Origin: Planctomycetota bacterium
GTDB taxonomy: Bacteria; Planctomycetota; UBA1135; UBA2386
Direction of reading: 5' to 3'
NCBI GenBank assembly: GCA_965228735.1
Contig: OZ245838.1
Location: 7,008,001-7,072,000 of the forward strand
DNA length: 64,000 nt
Positions 20,856 through 30,003 of this stretch are shown piece by piece (the first letter of the stretch is position 1; the number at the start of each line of letters is the position of its first letter). The notes beneath the pieces are model-generated. The model had not been told where the DNA came from, made no database searches, and worked only from the letters and a program-made list of their open reading frames with translations. The position numbers were made by a program, and so were the translations under genes.

Positions 20856-21892
20856 CGTCCGCGGAAGATCTTGCGGTAGGCCTCTTCCTGGAGCGCGCCC
20901 ATCTTCTCCCACGCGAAGTCGAGGGCGCGTTCGCGGGCCTTGCTTCCGATCTGCTCGGTGTACTCGCGGCTGTCGCAGACCCTCTGAATCGCTGCGACCG
21001 CGGCGTCGATGTCGCCCGGCGGCACGAGCTCACCGCAGCCTTCGCTCACGTACTCCGGCGTTCCGCCCGTGTTGGTGGAGATCACGCCGGTGCCGCAGCT
21101 CATCGCCTCGAGCATCGCGTTGTTCGCCGTGGACATCGCGAGCGGCAGGAACAGCGCATGGGCGCTGCGGTACTCCTCGAGCAGCTGCGCGTCCGGAATC
21201 TTCGTCATGACCGTGGTGTTCGGCAGCGGCTCGAACTCCGCGACGCGGTCGGGGAACGTGACGATGCGGAACTTCGCCGGCAGGCCGCGCTCGGCGCACT
21301 TCCTGATCGTGGCCTTTGCCATCTCGATGTCGCGAAGCCAGACGCCGACGAACAAGAACGTCGGGTCCTCACGGCGTTGCACGTTCGCGTCCGGGCGCCA
21401 GTGCTCGACGGCGACGCCGTGGGGCACGCAGAAGATGCGTTCCTTCGGCACGAACTGGCTCATGTACGGGATCTGCGACTCGGCCATCACGATGATGCCG
21501 TCGAGCCCGCGGATGTAGTTCTTGTCCTCGACATGGGTGTCGAGGAACTCCGGCGGCTGGTGGAACGACGCGACGAATTTATTGTTCCAGCGCCAGCGCC
21601 ACTGCGAGCAGACGCGGACATCGTTCTCGGCGTAGAACCAGTGGAACAGCGTGCGCGCCGGGAACATCGCCGATCGCGCGCAGATCGCGATCTCGCGCCG
21701 CATCGCCCAGCCCGAGTACCACGGCGTGTCGTGCCACTTGGACGCCTCGAGCCGCGAATACTTGATCTTGCCCGTCAGCTTGTAGAGCGCACCGTCCTTG
21801 TAGGGCTTGGCACGCACGTACTTCGCGAGCTGGTCGTAGCCCGAGTGCGCGGCGTGGTGCTCGATGTGGTTGTAGATCAGGCGGACGGGCAT
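20852..21892 (-). CDS. Glycosyltransferase family 4
   Basis: LFVGVWLRD, STANNAMLEAMSCG, GGTPEYV. GGAG SD before ATG 21892. Confidence 0.85.
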   Translation of the reverse strand: MPVRLIYNHIEHHAAHSGYDQLAKYVRAKPYKDGALYKLTGKIKYSRLEASKWHDTPWYSGWAMRREIAICARSAMFPARTLFHWFYAENDVRVCSQWRWRWNNKFVASFHQPPEFLDTHVEDKNYIRGLDGIIVMAESQIPYMSQFVPKERIFCVPHGVAVEHWRPDANVQRREDPTFLFVGVWLRDIEMAKATIRKCAERGLPAKFRIVTFPDRVAEFEPLPNTTVMTKIPDAQLLEEYRSAHALFLPLAMSTANNAMLEAMSCGTGVISTNTGGTPEYVSEGCGELVPPGDIDAAVAAIQRVCDSREYTEQIGSKARERALDFAWEKMGALQEEAYRKIFRGR

Positions 21893-21979
21893 CAGGCTCC
21901 GTGACGGGGCGAAGAATTGGACGGGCACGATAACGACGCGGATTCCGGGGTCTACCCCCGCGGCGGCGGGGTTGCGCCC

Positions 21980-23245
21980 TCAGCCGCGATAGGTCGCGGT
22001 GAAGACGTCGTAGTTATCGGCGATGCCGCTCGGTGGCCTCATGCGCAGGTTGGCGAACCACTCGGGCCCGGCCGCGAGGCGCTCGAGGATCGCGCGCAAA
22101 GCCTCGGTGTCACCGGCCGGAAAGAGGAACCCGTTCTCGCCCTCGACGATGATCTCGCTGAGCCCGCCGAGATCCGAGGCGATCACCGGCACGCCGGCCA
22201 TGAAGGCCTCGAGCACGACGAACGGGGTGTTCTCGTACCAGAGGCTCGGCACGACGAGCACGTCCATCGCGGCGAACACCCGTGCCGCATCGGCAGCCGC
22301 GTACGGGCCCGGGAACGTGATGCGTTCGTCGTTCTCGGCCAGCCGCACGATCGGGTCGATGTAGTCCTGGAACAACGGCTCCTCGGTGCGACCGTGGATC
22401 GTCACGTCGACGGCGGCATCCGACGACCGTACGGCGTCGACGAGCAGGTGCGGCGCCTTCCACGGCGACAGCACGCCGCAGAAGCCGACCCGCAACGGAG
22501 TTCGCGGGCGTTCCGCTGCGATGGGCACGATGCGGTCTGGTTCGAGCCCGTACGGCACGACGGTCATGCGGTCCACCGGGAGGCCGTTCCTCTCGAACAT
22601 CCGAGCGAGAAAGCGCGAGGGGGCGATCACCGCATCGGCTGCAGCGAGGTTCTCGCGCTGGATACGCTGCCGGTCGAGCAGGGCACGCAACCGGCTGGGT
22701 GGGTCGTCGGCCGCCGAATCGGTCGCCGGTTCGACGCCGGCGAGCTCCGGGTGCTCGCACTCGATGCAGCCGTTGCCCCCGTCTGGTGGGCCCTCGCACA
22801 GGCCACCGTCGCTGCGCAGCAGCGTGAAGCGCGGACAGAGGTACCAGAAGTCCATCAGGTTGACGACGGTCCGGACCGCGTTGCGCTGGGCGACCCGGAT
22901 CAGGTTCGAGCCGAGCTGGCGCAGGTGGAAGAAGTGGACCGCGTCTGGTTCGACGTCGTCCAGCACGGCCTGGAACCAGCCGTCGAGGTGGCGGTTCTCG
23001 TAGTCGCGCAGCACCGCATTCGGGTTCATCCGCCGCCAGTGGTTGAGGCGCAGGACGCGGAAGTTGTCGTAGGGCGCCTCGAAGAGCCGCACGGGCGGCA
23101 TCTCGTCCTCGTGCCGCGGATTCAGCGACAGCACAGTGACGTTGTCACCGCGGCGTCGCGCCTCGCGCGCCACGGCGAGGCAGTACTGCTCGGTCCCCGA
23201 GTGGCAGTCGGGGAAGAACTGGTGGATGACGAAGAGGAGCCGCAT
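21980..23245 (-). CDS. Glycosyltransferase family 4 with Cys-rich insert (paralog A)
   Basis: HQFFP..SGTEQY, DFWYLCPR...C...CIEC, PSLWYENTPFVVLEA. Confidence 0.9.
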   Translation of the reverse strand: MRLLFVIHQFFPDCHSGTEQYCLAVAREARRRGDNVTVLSLNPRHEDEMPPVRLFEAPYDNFRVLRLNHWRRMNPNAVLRDYENRHLDGWFQAVLDDVEPDAVHFFHLRQLGSNLIRVAQRNAVRTVVNLMDFWYLCPRFTLLRSDGGLCEGPPDGGNGCIECEHPELAGVEPATDSAADDPPSRLRALLDRQRIQRENLAAADAVIAPSRFLARMFERNGLPVDRMTVVPYGLEPDRIVPIAAERPRTPLRVGFCGVLSPWKAPHLLVDAVRSSDAAVDVTIHGRTEEPLFQDYIDPIVRLAENDERITFPGPYAAADAARVFAAMDVLVVPSLWYENTPFVVLEAFMAGVPVIASDLGGLSEIIVEGENGFLFPAGDTEALRAILERLAAGPEWFANLRMRPPSGIADNYDVFTATYRG

Positions 23246-23314
23246 CGATCGCCGCTCGAGAAGACTAGCTCCTACCGTAGAGATCGCGAACGGAACCCGG
23301 CATCATCCGCGCCC

Positions 23315-24283
23315 GTGCGCACCTCACTCGTGATGCCGACCTGGAATGCCGGACCGTTGCTCGACGAAGTGCTCGCATCGATCACGGCGCTCGAAGGTGT
23401 GCGGTTCGACGAGCTGATCGCCGTCGACAGCGGGTCGAAGGACGGCACGGTCGAACGGCTGCGGAACGCCGGGTTCGACGTGGAGTCGATCCCGCAGCGC
23501 GAGTTCGATCACGGCAGCACGCGGGATCGTGGCATCAGCAGAGCGACGGGCGACGTCGTCGTGCTGCTCGTCCAGGACGCCACGCTGCAGGGCAACGACT
23601 GGCTCGCGCGCATGATCGAGCCGTTTGCCGACCCGGACGTCGCGGGCGTCTGGTGCCGCCAGATCCCGCGGCCCGGCTGTCAGCCCGTGCTCGATCGGCG
23701 GATCCGCAACTGGCCGGGGCTCGGGGAGGTCGCGACGAAGAAGCAGCTGCCCGAGGGCAAGCAACTCACCGATCTGGAGCCGTTCGACCAGCTCATGCTG
23801 TGCGCGTTCGACAACGTCGCGTCCGCGGTGCGGCGTTCGGTGTGGGAGCGCTTTCCGCTCGGACCGCGCCGGTTCGGCGAGGACATCTACTTCGGCAAGC
23901 GCGTGATCGCGGACGGGCTGGCGATCGTGCACCAGGGCGGCGCGTGTGTCGTCCACAGCCACGATCGCAGTGCGTGGGACGAGGGGCGTCGCACGTTCTG
24001 CGATCATCGCAACCTGCGCCGGTTGTTCGGCATGGTGGGGATCCCGACCTACGCCGACGTCAAGAAGGGCATCCCGCACGCCACCGAGGAACACGTGAAC
24101 TACGTCAAGAGTCTCGGCTTGCCTCCCGAGCAGGAAGGGCCGGCGGTCGAGTGGACCCGCGACTACGTGAAGTACCAGGTGTGGGGTCAGTACCTGGGCG
24201 CGAAAGCCGGGGCGGATCGGAAGGGCCTGAAGGGCGTGTTCTTCCGGTGGCTCGGTCGGCGGCTCGAGCGGGGTATCGGCTGA
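23315..24283 (+). CDS. Glycosyltransferase family 2 (rhamnosyltransferase-like)
   Basis: GTG start; MPTWNAG, VDSGSKDGT, EFDHGSTR, LLVQDA, FDNVASAVRR, FGEDI, VVHSH. Confidence 0.85.
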   Translation: MRTSLVMPTWNAGPLLDEVLASITALEGVRFDELIAVDSGSKDGTVERLRNAGFDVESIPQREFDHGSTRDRGISRATGDVVVLLVQDATLQGNDWLARMIEPFADPDVAGVWCRQIPRPGCQPVLDRRIRNWPGLGEVATKKQLPEGKQLTDLEPFDQLMLCAFDNVASAVRRSVWERFPLGPRRFGEDIYFGKRVIADGLAIVHQGGACVVHSHDRSAWDEGRRTFCDHRNLRRLFGMVGIPTYADVKKGIPHATEEHVNYVKSLGLPPEQEGPAVEWTRDYVKYQVWGQYLGAKAGADRKGLKGVFFRWLGRRLERGIG

Positions 24284-24289
24284 CGATCG

Positions 24290-24532
24290 TCAGTCGTGGC
24301 CGCGTCCGAGGTCGCGCAGCTCCTGGCGGGCTTCGGCCAGCAGCTCGACGAGTCGCTGCGTCTGGGCGGACAGGTCGGCCCGGGCTCGTTCGCTAGCGGC
24401 CAGCTGCTCGCGGAGGGCCGCGTTGTCCTGCAGCAGCTGATCGAGTCGTCCGTCGAGGCCGTCGACCTGCGCGCGCAGCTCGCGCAGCTCGGTGAGGATC
24501 GGGTCGCCTTGGTCCGAAGGTGGCGGGGGCAC
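24290..24532 (-). CDS. Small (80-aa) coiled-coil protein
   Basis: GTG 24532 preceded by TATACT-7 nt; heptad sequence ILTELRELRAQVDGLDGRLDQLLQDNAALREQLAASERARADL. Fills the gap between two GT genes. Confidence 0.65.
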   Translation of the reverse strand: MPPPPSDQGDPILTELRELRAQVDGLDGRLDQLLQDNAALREQLAASERARADLSAQTQRLVELLAEARQELRDLGRGHD

Positions 24533-24559
24533 GGCGCGGAGTATAGCCTCGCTCGCCGC

Positions 24560-25780
24560 GTGATCCTCGTTCTGGCTCCCTTCGTTCCGCACCCGCCGAA
24601 GCACGGCGGGAGCATCCGATCGCGCGTGCTGCTCGATGCGTTGACGCAGGATCACGAGGTGCACCTCGCGGCGCCCGTGGCGGACGACGAGGCGCGGCAG
24701 AACGCCGCGGACCTCGTGGCCGCGACTGGCATCACGTTCCACGAACTGCCCGGCAACGCCGTGGTGGCGCCATCGCTGATTCGCAAGGGCGGCCAGTGGC
24801 TGCGCGGTCGGTCGGAGTTGTTCGTGCGGCGTTGGGATCCGGCTGCCGCGGGTGTCGCGCGTGAGCTCGTCGAGTCGCTGCGGCCCGAACTGCTCGTGGC
24901 GGACAGCAGTTTCGTGCTGCCGCTGCTGCCGCCGAGCGGGCGCGCGGGCGGTGACGTGCCGCTGCTGCTCTACCTGCACAATCTCGAGTTCGCGCTCTTC
25001 GCGCGGCCGGACGCGCAGGCGCGCGCGTTCAGCGAACGGATGACGCGGCGCTTCGAGGCCAAGGGCATGGCGCGGGAGGAGGCGCGCGCGTTGCGCCGCG
25101 CGGTGCAGACCGTCGTGGTCTCCGATCGCGACGCCGAACTCGCGCGCGGTCTCGCGCCGGAAGCGCGGCTCGAGGTGATCCCCAACTCCGTCGACCTCGA
25201 CCGGCTGCCGCGGCAGCCGCGCAAGACGGCCGGTCCGCCGCGGCTCCTGTTCGTGGGCGGGCTCGACTACCCGCCCAATCGCGAAGCCGTCATCGAGCTG
25301 CTCGAGCGTCATCTGCCGCGCCTGCACGGCCATCATCCCGACCTGCTCGTGCGCCACATCGGCAAGGACGACGCGGGTCTCGGGCGGCGCCATCCGGAGC
25401 GCGACGGTCTCGAGGTGATGGGCTTCGTCGACGACCTGCTGCCGCACTACGCCGCGAGCGACGCCGCGTTCCTGCCGATCCGCAGCGGCGGCGGCACCCG
25501 CATCAAGGTGCTCGAAGCGTGGGCCCTCGGCCTGCCCGTCATCGCGACGGGCGTCGCAACCGAGGGGCTCGAGGGCGAGGACGGCGTGCACTTCCTGCGG
25601 TTCGAGACCGTGAGTGAGGGCGAGGCCGCGCTCGGGCGCGTGCTCGCGGGCGGCGACGAGATCGCGGCGATGACCGATCGGGCCCGGCAGCTCGTCGAAG
25701 AGCGCTACTCGCATGCCGCCGTCACGGCGCGGCTGCGTGCGGTCGTCACCGCGGTATTCGGCCGGTTGCGCGGCCAATGA
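24560..25780 (+). CDS. Glycosyltransferase family 4
   Basis: GTG start; PFVPHPPKHGGSIR, LHNLE, FVGGLDYPPN, GGGTRIKVLEAW. Confidence 0.88.
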   Translation: MILVLAPFVPHPPKHGGSIRSRVLLDALTQDHEVHLAAPVADDEARQNAADLVAATGITFHELPGNAVVAPSLIRKGGQWLRGRSELFVRRWDPAAAGVARELVESLRPELLVADSSFVLPLLPPSGRAGGDVPLLLYLHNLEFALFARPDAQARAFSERMTRRFEAKGMAREEARALRRAVQTVVVSDRDAELARGLAPEARLEVIPNSVDLDRLPRQPRKTAGPPRLLFVGGLDYPPNREAVIELLERHLPRLHGHHPDLLVRHIGKDDAGLGRRHPERDGLEVMGFVDDLLPHYAASDAAFLPIRSGGGTRIKVLEAWALGLPVIATGVATEGLEGEDGVHFLRFETVSEGEAALGRVLAGGDEIAAMTDRARQLVEERYSHAAVTARLRAVVTAVFGRLRGQ

Positions 25781-25817
25781 CGTTCGGCCAGCAGCCCAGC
25801 ACCAGCGACCGGCGTCG

Positions 25818-26933
25818 TCAGCGGTCCGGATCGCTGACGTTCGTCAGCACGGCGGCGGCCGAACGCCGCGCGTGACAGCGCGAGCGCAGGCGTTCGCGCA
25901 GCGCGGCGGGCAGGCGCGGCAGCGTCGAGCAGGCCGCCGCGACGCCGAGCGCGAGCGGCACGCCCCGCCGCCGGGCCTGCTTGTGCAGGGCATACCCGAA
26001 CCAGAACGCGTGTTGCACGACGAGCCATGGCGCCGTGATCGCACGCACGAAGAACAGCTCGCGGTTGCGCCAGTCGAGCCGTTCGACGCCCTCGCGGCCG
26101 AATACCCGCGTCGACGTGCCGCGGTGGGCATGATGCACGACGCTGCGGTGCGCGTAGCGGCAGCGCCAGCCGCGGCGCCAGGCCTCGAACGACAGGCTCA
26201 CGTCCTCCACGTAGCACGGCACGTAGAGCGACTCGAATCCGCCGATGGCGTCGTGTTTGCCGCGGGCGAACGCGCTGCTGCCGCCGCCCGCCCAGAGCAC
26301 GGCGGTGCCGTCGTCTTTGGGGGTGCCGGGGCGCTGCACGAACCGCAGCTCGCCTTTCTTGACGAACGTCCGCGCGAGGCCCGTCTCGCTGCGTTCGCCG
26401 GCCATCTCGATCCGCGCGGTGACGGCGAACAGGTCGGCCGCGTCCGGTTCGCCGAACGGTCGCAGCAGCTCGACGAGGAAGTCGGGCTCGACCCGCATGT
26501 CGTTGTTCAAGAACACGAGCAGGTCGCGCGCCGGGTTCGCCGCTTCGACCCCGGCCAGGTTGCCGCGGATGAAGTGCCGGTTCTCGGGCAGCGGCAGGGT
26601 GCGCGCCCACGGGTGTTCGCGTTCGAGCCACTCGACCGAGCCGTCCTCGCTGCCGTTGTCCACGACGAGCACTTCGTGATCGCCGGGGCAGCGGTCGACG
26701 GCCACCCGTAGCGACGGCATGAGCTCCTGCAGGAAGTGCTGCCCGTTCCAGTTGAGGACGATGATCGTCGCGTTCGTGTTCTTCGGCGCCTCGTCGCCCG
26801 TCGGGCGACGACGCAGCCACACGAGCGGCGTCGTCACGCAATCGAACAACAGCAGGAATGCGCCGAGCGCGAGCGCCCCGAGGGCGACGAGCGGAAAGAG
26901 CAGCAGGTAGCCGATGCGCGCGCCGGTGCTCAT
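25818..26933 (-). CDS. Glycosyltransferase family 2 with N-terminal TM helix
   Basis: VLNWNG, VVDNGSEDGS, FLNND, GGFE..Y..CYVEDV. Confidence 0.88.
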   Translation of the reverse strand: MSTGARIGYLLLFPLVALGALALGAFLLLFDCVTTPLVWLRRRPTGDEAPKNTNATIIVLNWNGQHFLQELMPSLRVAVDRCPGDHEVLVVDNGSEDGSVEWLEREHPWARTLPLPENRHFIRGNLAGVEAANPARDLLVFLNNDMRVEPDFLVELLRPFGEPDAADLFAVTARIEMAGERSETGLARTFVKKGELRFVQRPGTPKDDGTAVLWAGGGSSAFARGKHDAIGGFESLYVPCYVEDVSLSFEAWRRGWRCRYAHRSVVHHAHRGTSTRVFGREGVERLDWRNRELFFVRAITAPWLVVQHAFWFGYALHKQARRRGVPLALGVAAACSTLPRLPAALRERLRSRCHARRSAAAVLTNVSDPDR

Positions 26934-28447
26934 GCCTCGATCCTGCGCACGAGATCGGTGACTGCCACGTCGATGTCGAGCAGCTCGCGCACGAGGGCGC
27001 GGCCGCGGGCGGCGATCGCATCGCGTTCGTCAGGGGCAGCGAGCGCTGCGGTGATCGTCGCCGCGAGTGCGCCGCTGTCGTTCGGGTTGCACAGGTAACC
27101 GGTGTCCCGGTCGCGCACGAGCTCCGGGATCCCGGAGATCGGCGTCGAGAGCACCGCCACGCCGAGCGCCATCGCTTCGCAGAGGAAGATCGGGATGCCG
27201 TCGCGTTCGCCGTCGTCGGCGACGACGCACGGCAGCATCGCGAGATCGCAGGTCAGCAGTTCGCGGCGGACCGCGGCGTTCTCCTGCGCGCCGAGGAAGT
27301 GCGCGAGGTCCCGGACGCCGTGCTCGTCGCACAGCCGTTCGAGCCGCGTGCGCTCCGGCCCGTCACCGAGCACGCGCCACTCAACGGCGACGCCCTGCTC
27401 CCGCAGTGCGGCCAGCGCGGGCGGCACGAGGTGCAGTCCCTTCTTGGGGACGAGTCGGGCGGCGCTGACGATCACGCCGCGGCGCGCCGGCTGCGGTTCG
27501 TCCTGCCATTCATCGAGCGCGAGCCCCAGGTAGACGGTCGGGATGCGGTCGTCGTCGAGTTCGAGGTCGGGCGCGGCATCGCGTCCGAGGTCGGCAAGGC
27601 GCTCGGCGCAGAACCTGGTCACGACGCGGAAGAACGTCGCCCGGCGCAGCTTGTCGCCGAGCATCCGGAAGTCGTAGGGGAACTCGAAGTCGACGTAGGA
27701 CGAGATCGACGCGGGCACGCCGAGCAGGTGGGCGGCCGCGAGCGCGACGTTCGCGGGGTAGGTCGAGCTGTAGACGTGGACGTGCCGCGGCCGGAGCGGC
27801 GCGAGCTCGTCGGCGAGGAGGAACGCGTTGCCCGGGTGGCGCGGGTCGCGCAACGGCAGCTTGCCGAGCAGATCGGCGGCCCGCCCGTTCGGGCGACTGC
27901 GATAGAGCGCGAACAGCTCGCGTCCCGGGCGGCGGCAGAGCCAACGCAGAACGCGGAGCGCGCGGGCCGTGATGCCGTCGCGCTTCAGATACGTGGCGCG
28001 TTCTCTGACCGCGGCGGCCTCGGCGTGCACGGGCGCGCCGGGGTTGTCCTGCAGCACCACGATCCGCCAGTCGGGCCGCAGGCGCAGCATCGTGAGCGCT
28101 TCGCGATAGACGAACGTGTGGGACAGATCGGGCAGGATCGGCAGCACGACGACGACGGGGCCATCGCCGGCGCGATCGCGGCGGACCGCCGGCGCGGTGC
28201 GGCTGCTCGACAGCGTCGCGAGGGCCTCGAGGCCGAGGTCGAGCGCGCGCAGCCAGATGCCGCGCAGGGTCTCGCGCAGCAACGCCCCGGCGCCGAACGG
28301 AACGCGGCGTCGCGCCTCGTCGAGGACGATGCGGGGCTGCGATGCGGCGCGGATCGCCGCGATGGGCGCGGGCGCGTGCGGATGGCCGGTCCAGACGACG
28401 GTGCTGCCGGGCTCGGCCACGGTTGCCGCGCTTTCTTCCGCGGTCAC
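26930..28447 (-). CDS. Glycosyltransferase family 4 (WcaL-like)
   Basis: PDLSHTFVYRE, ARLVPKKG, DGERDGIPIFLCEAMALG, SGIPELV. Confidence 0.88.
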   Translation of the reverse strand: MTAEESAATVAEPGSTVVWTGHPHAPAPIAAIRAASQPRIVLDEARRRVPFGAGALLRETLRGIWLRALDLGLEALATLSSSRTAPAVRRDRAGDGPVVVVLPILPDLSHTFVYREALTMLRLRPDWRIVVLQDNPGAPVHAEAAAVRERATYLKRDGITARALRVLRWLCRRPGRELFALYRSRPNGRAADLLGKLPLRDPRHPGNAFLLADELAPLRPRHVHVYSSTYPANVALAAAHLLGVPASISSYVDFEFPYDFRMLGDKLRRATFFRVVTRFCAERLADLGRDAAPDLELDDDRIPTVYLGLALDEWQDEPQPARRGVIVSAARLVPKKGLHLVPPALAALREQGVAVEWRVLGDGPERTRLERLCDEHGVRDLAHFLGAQENAAVRRELLTCDLAMLPCVVADDGERDGIPIFLCEAMALGVAVLSTPISGIPELVRDRDTGYLCNPNDSGALAATITAALAAPDERDAIAARGRALVRELLDIDVAVTDLVRRIEA

Positions 28448-29802
28448 CGGTCGCCTCCGGCGCAGCGCCGATAGTCGGCCTCGAACTCGTCGACGGCGGC
28501 GCTCAGGGTTTTCGGCGGGCGCACGTTGCCGCGGTAGCGCGCGAGCCGTTCGGGCTCGTCGACGAGGCGCTGCAGCCTCGTGGCGAGGTCGGCGGGGTCG
28601 CCGGGTCGAAACAGTTCGCCATCGACCTCGTGCTCGACGATCTCCGCGAGGCCGCCGAAGTCGCTCGCGAAGACCGGCAACCCGGCCGCGCGCGCTTCGA
28701 GCACGACGAACGGCGCGTTCTCGTGCCAGGTGCTCGGGACGACGAGCACGTCGATCGCCGCCAGTGCGTCGGCGAGGCCGGCGCGATCGTAGGGGCCGAG
28801 CAGCTCGATCTTCGGCTCCGCTTCACTGGCGATCTGCAGGTCCTTCGAGTAGTCGGGGAAGTCGGTCGCCCGGCCCCGCAGGATCGCGCGCCAGCCACCG
28901 CAGCCGCCGCCGCCACCGCCACCGCGGAGTTGTCGCAGCGCCTCGACGAGCACGTGGGGCCCCTTGTGCGGCGAGTACGTGCCCTGGAAGCCGAACGTGA
29001 TCGGGCGTTCCGTGGCCTGAGCTTTCACGTTCTCGAGACCGAGTCCCGCCGTATCGATGCCGTAGCTGCGATGCTGCAGCCGGTCGCCGGGAACGCCGTT
29101 CTGGTCGAACACGTTCGCGAGATAGCGCGTCGGCGCGGCGATCGCGTCGGCGAGCAGCAGCTGCTTACGCAGATACCCGAGGCGTTCGAAGTGCGACGCG
29201 ACCCGCGTCATGAGTCCCCGGCCCGCATCGGGTTCGGCGCCAGCGGTCAGCGCGGCGCGGATCTCGGCGCCGACCGGACTCGCGTCGAGTTCGCGCGCGA
29301 GGTCGGGCGCGTGGCACGGCAGGCAGCCGCGGCCGTCGTCGGGTGGGCCAGCACACGCCGAGCCGTCGGCCCGCATGAGAATGACGCGCGGACAGAGGAA
29401 CCAGAAGTCCATCAGCGAGACGCAGATCCCGGCACCGTGCGTCCGCGCTGCCGTCAGCAGGTCCGCGCCCACGTGGCGCAGGTGGAACGAGTGCACGACC
29501 TCGGTTCCGCGCTCCCGAAGGTGGGCCGCGAACGTCGCCGCCATCCACGGATTGCGGTATTCGACGCGGGCCCAGTCGGGCGCGAAGTTCATCCAGTAGT
29601 TGATCCGCCGAACGGGCAGCCCGTCGACCGTCTCGCGCGACTCGCGCCACGGGCCGTCGCGTTCGGCGAACGCCGGATCGAGGCAGAAGACGTCGACCTC
29701 GTGGCCGCGCCGCTGCAGCTCGCGACCGACGGCGAGCGCGTACTGCTCGGTGCCGGTGAAGTACTGCGGCGGGAACTGATGGACGATCTGCGTGATGCGC
29801 AA
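28444..29802 (-). CDS. Glycosyltransferase family 4 with Cys-rich insert (paralog B)
   Basis: TTG start; HQFPP..TGTEQY, DFWFLCPR...C...CLPC, PSTWHENAPFVVLEA. Confidence 0.88.
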   Translation of the reverse strand: MRITQIVHQFPPQYFTGTEQYALAVGRELQRRGHEVDVFCLDPAFAERDGPWRESRETVDGLPVRRINYWMNFAPDWARVEYRNPWMAATFAAHLRERGTEVVHSFHLRHVGADLLTAARTHGAGICVSLMDFWFLCPRVILMRADGSACAGPPDDGRGCLPCHAPDLARELDASPVGAEIRAALTAGAEPDAGRGLMTRVASHFERLGYLRKQLLLADAIAAPTRYLANVFDQNGVPGDRLQHRSYGIDTAGLGLENVKAQATERPITFGFQGTYSPHKGPHVLVEALRQLRGGGGGGGCGGWRAILRGRATDFPDYSKDLQIASEAEPKIELLGPYDRAGLADALAAIDVLVVPSTWHENAPFVVLEARAAGLPVFASDFGGLAEIVEHEVDGELFRPGDPADLATRLQRLVDEPERLARYRGNVRPPKTLSAAVDEFEADYRRCAGGDR

Positions 29803-30003
29803 GAGTGGGGAAGCCTACCCCGACGGCATCACACGATCATGTCGATCCGCAGTTGGCGGGTCGTCGGCGGGCGCGGCTCGGCGCCGGCAGCGCTTCGTCG
29901 CCTGCCAACGGCAGGGTCGTTCCTTGGGAACGGCCTTGCCGTTCTGGCCCGCGCGGGCTGGCCGATCGCGATCGCGTGGCCGGCCCCGGGGGGACCCGCG
30001 AGA

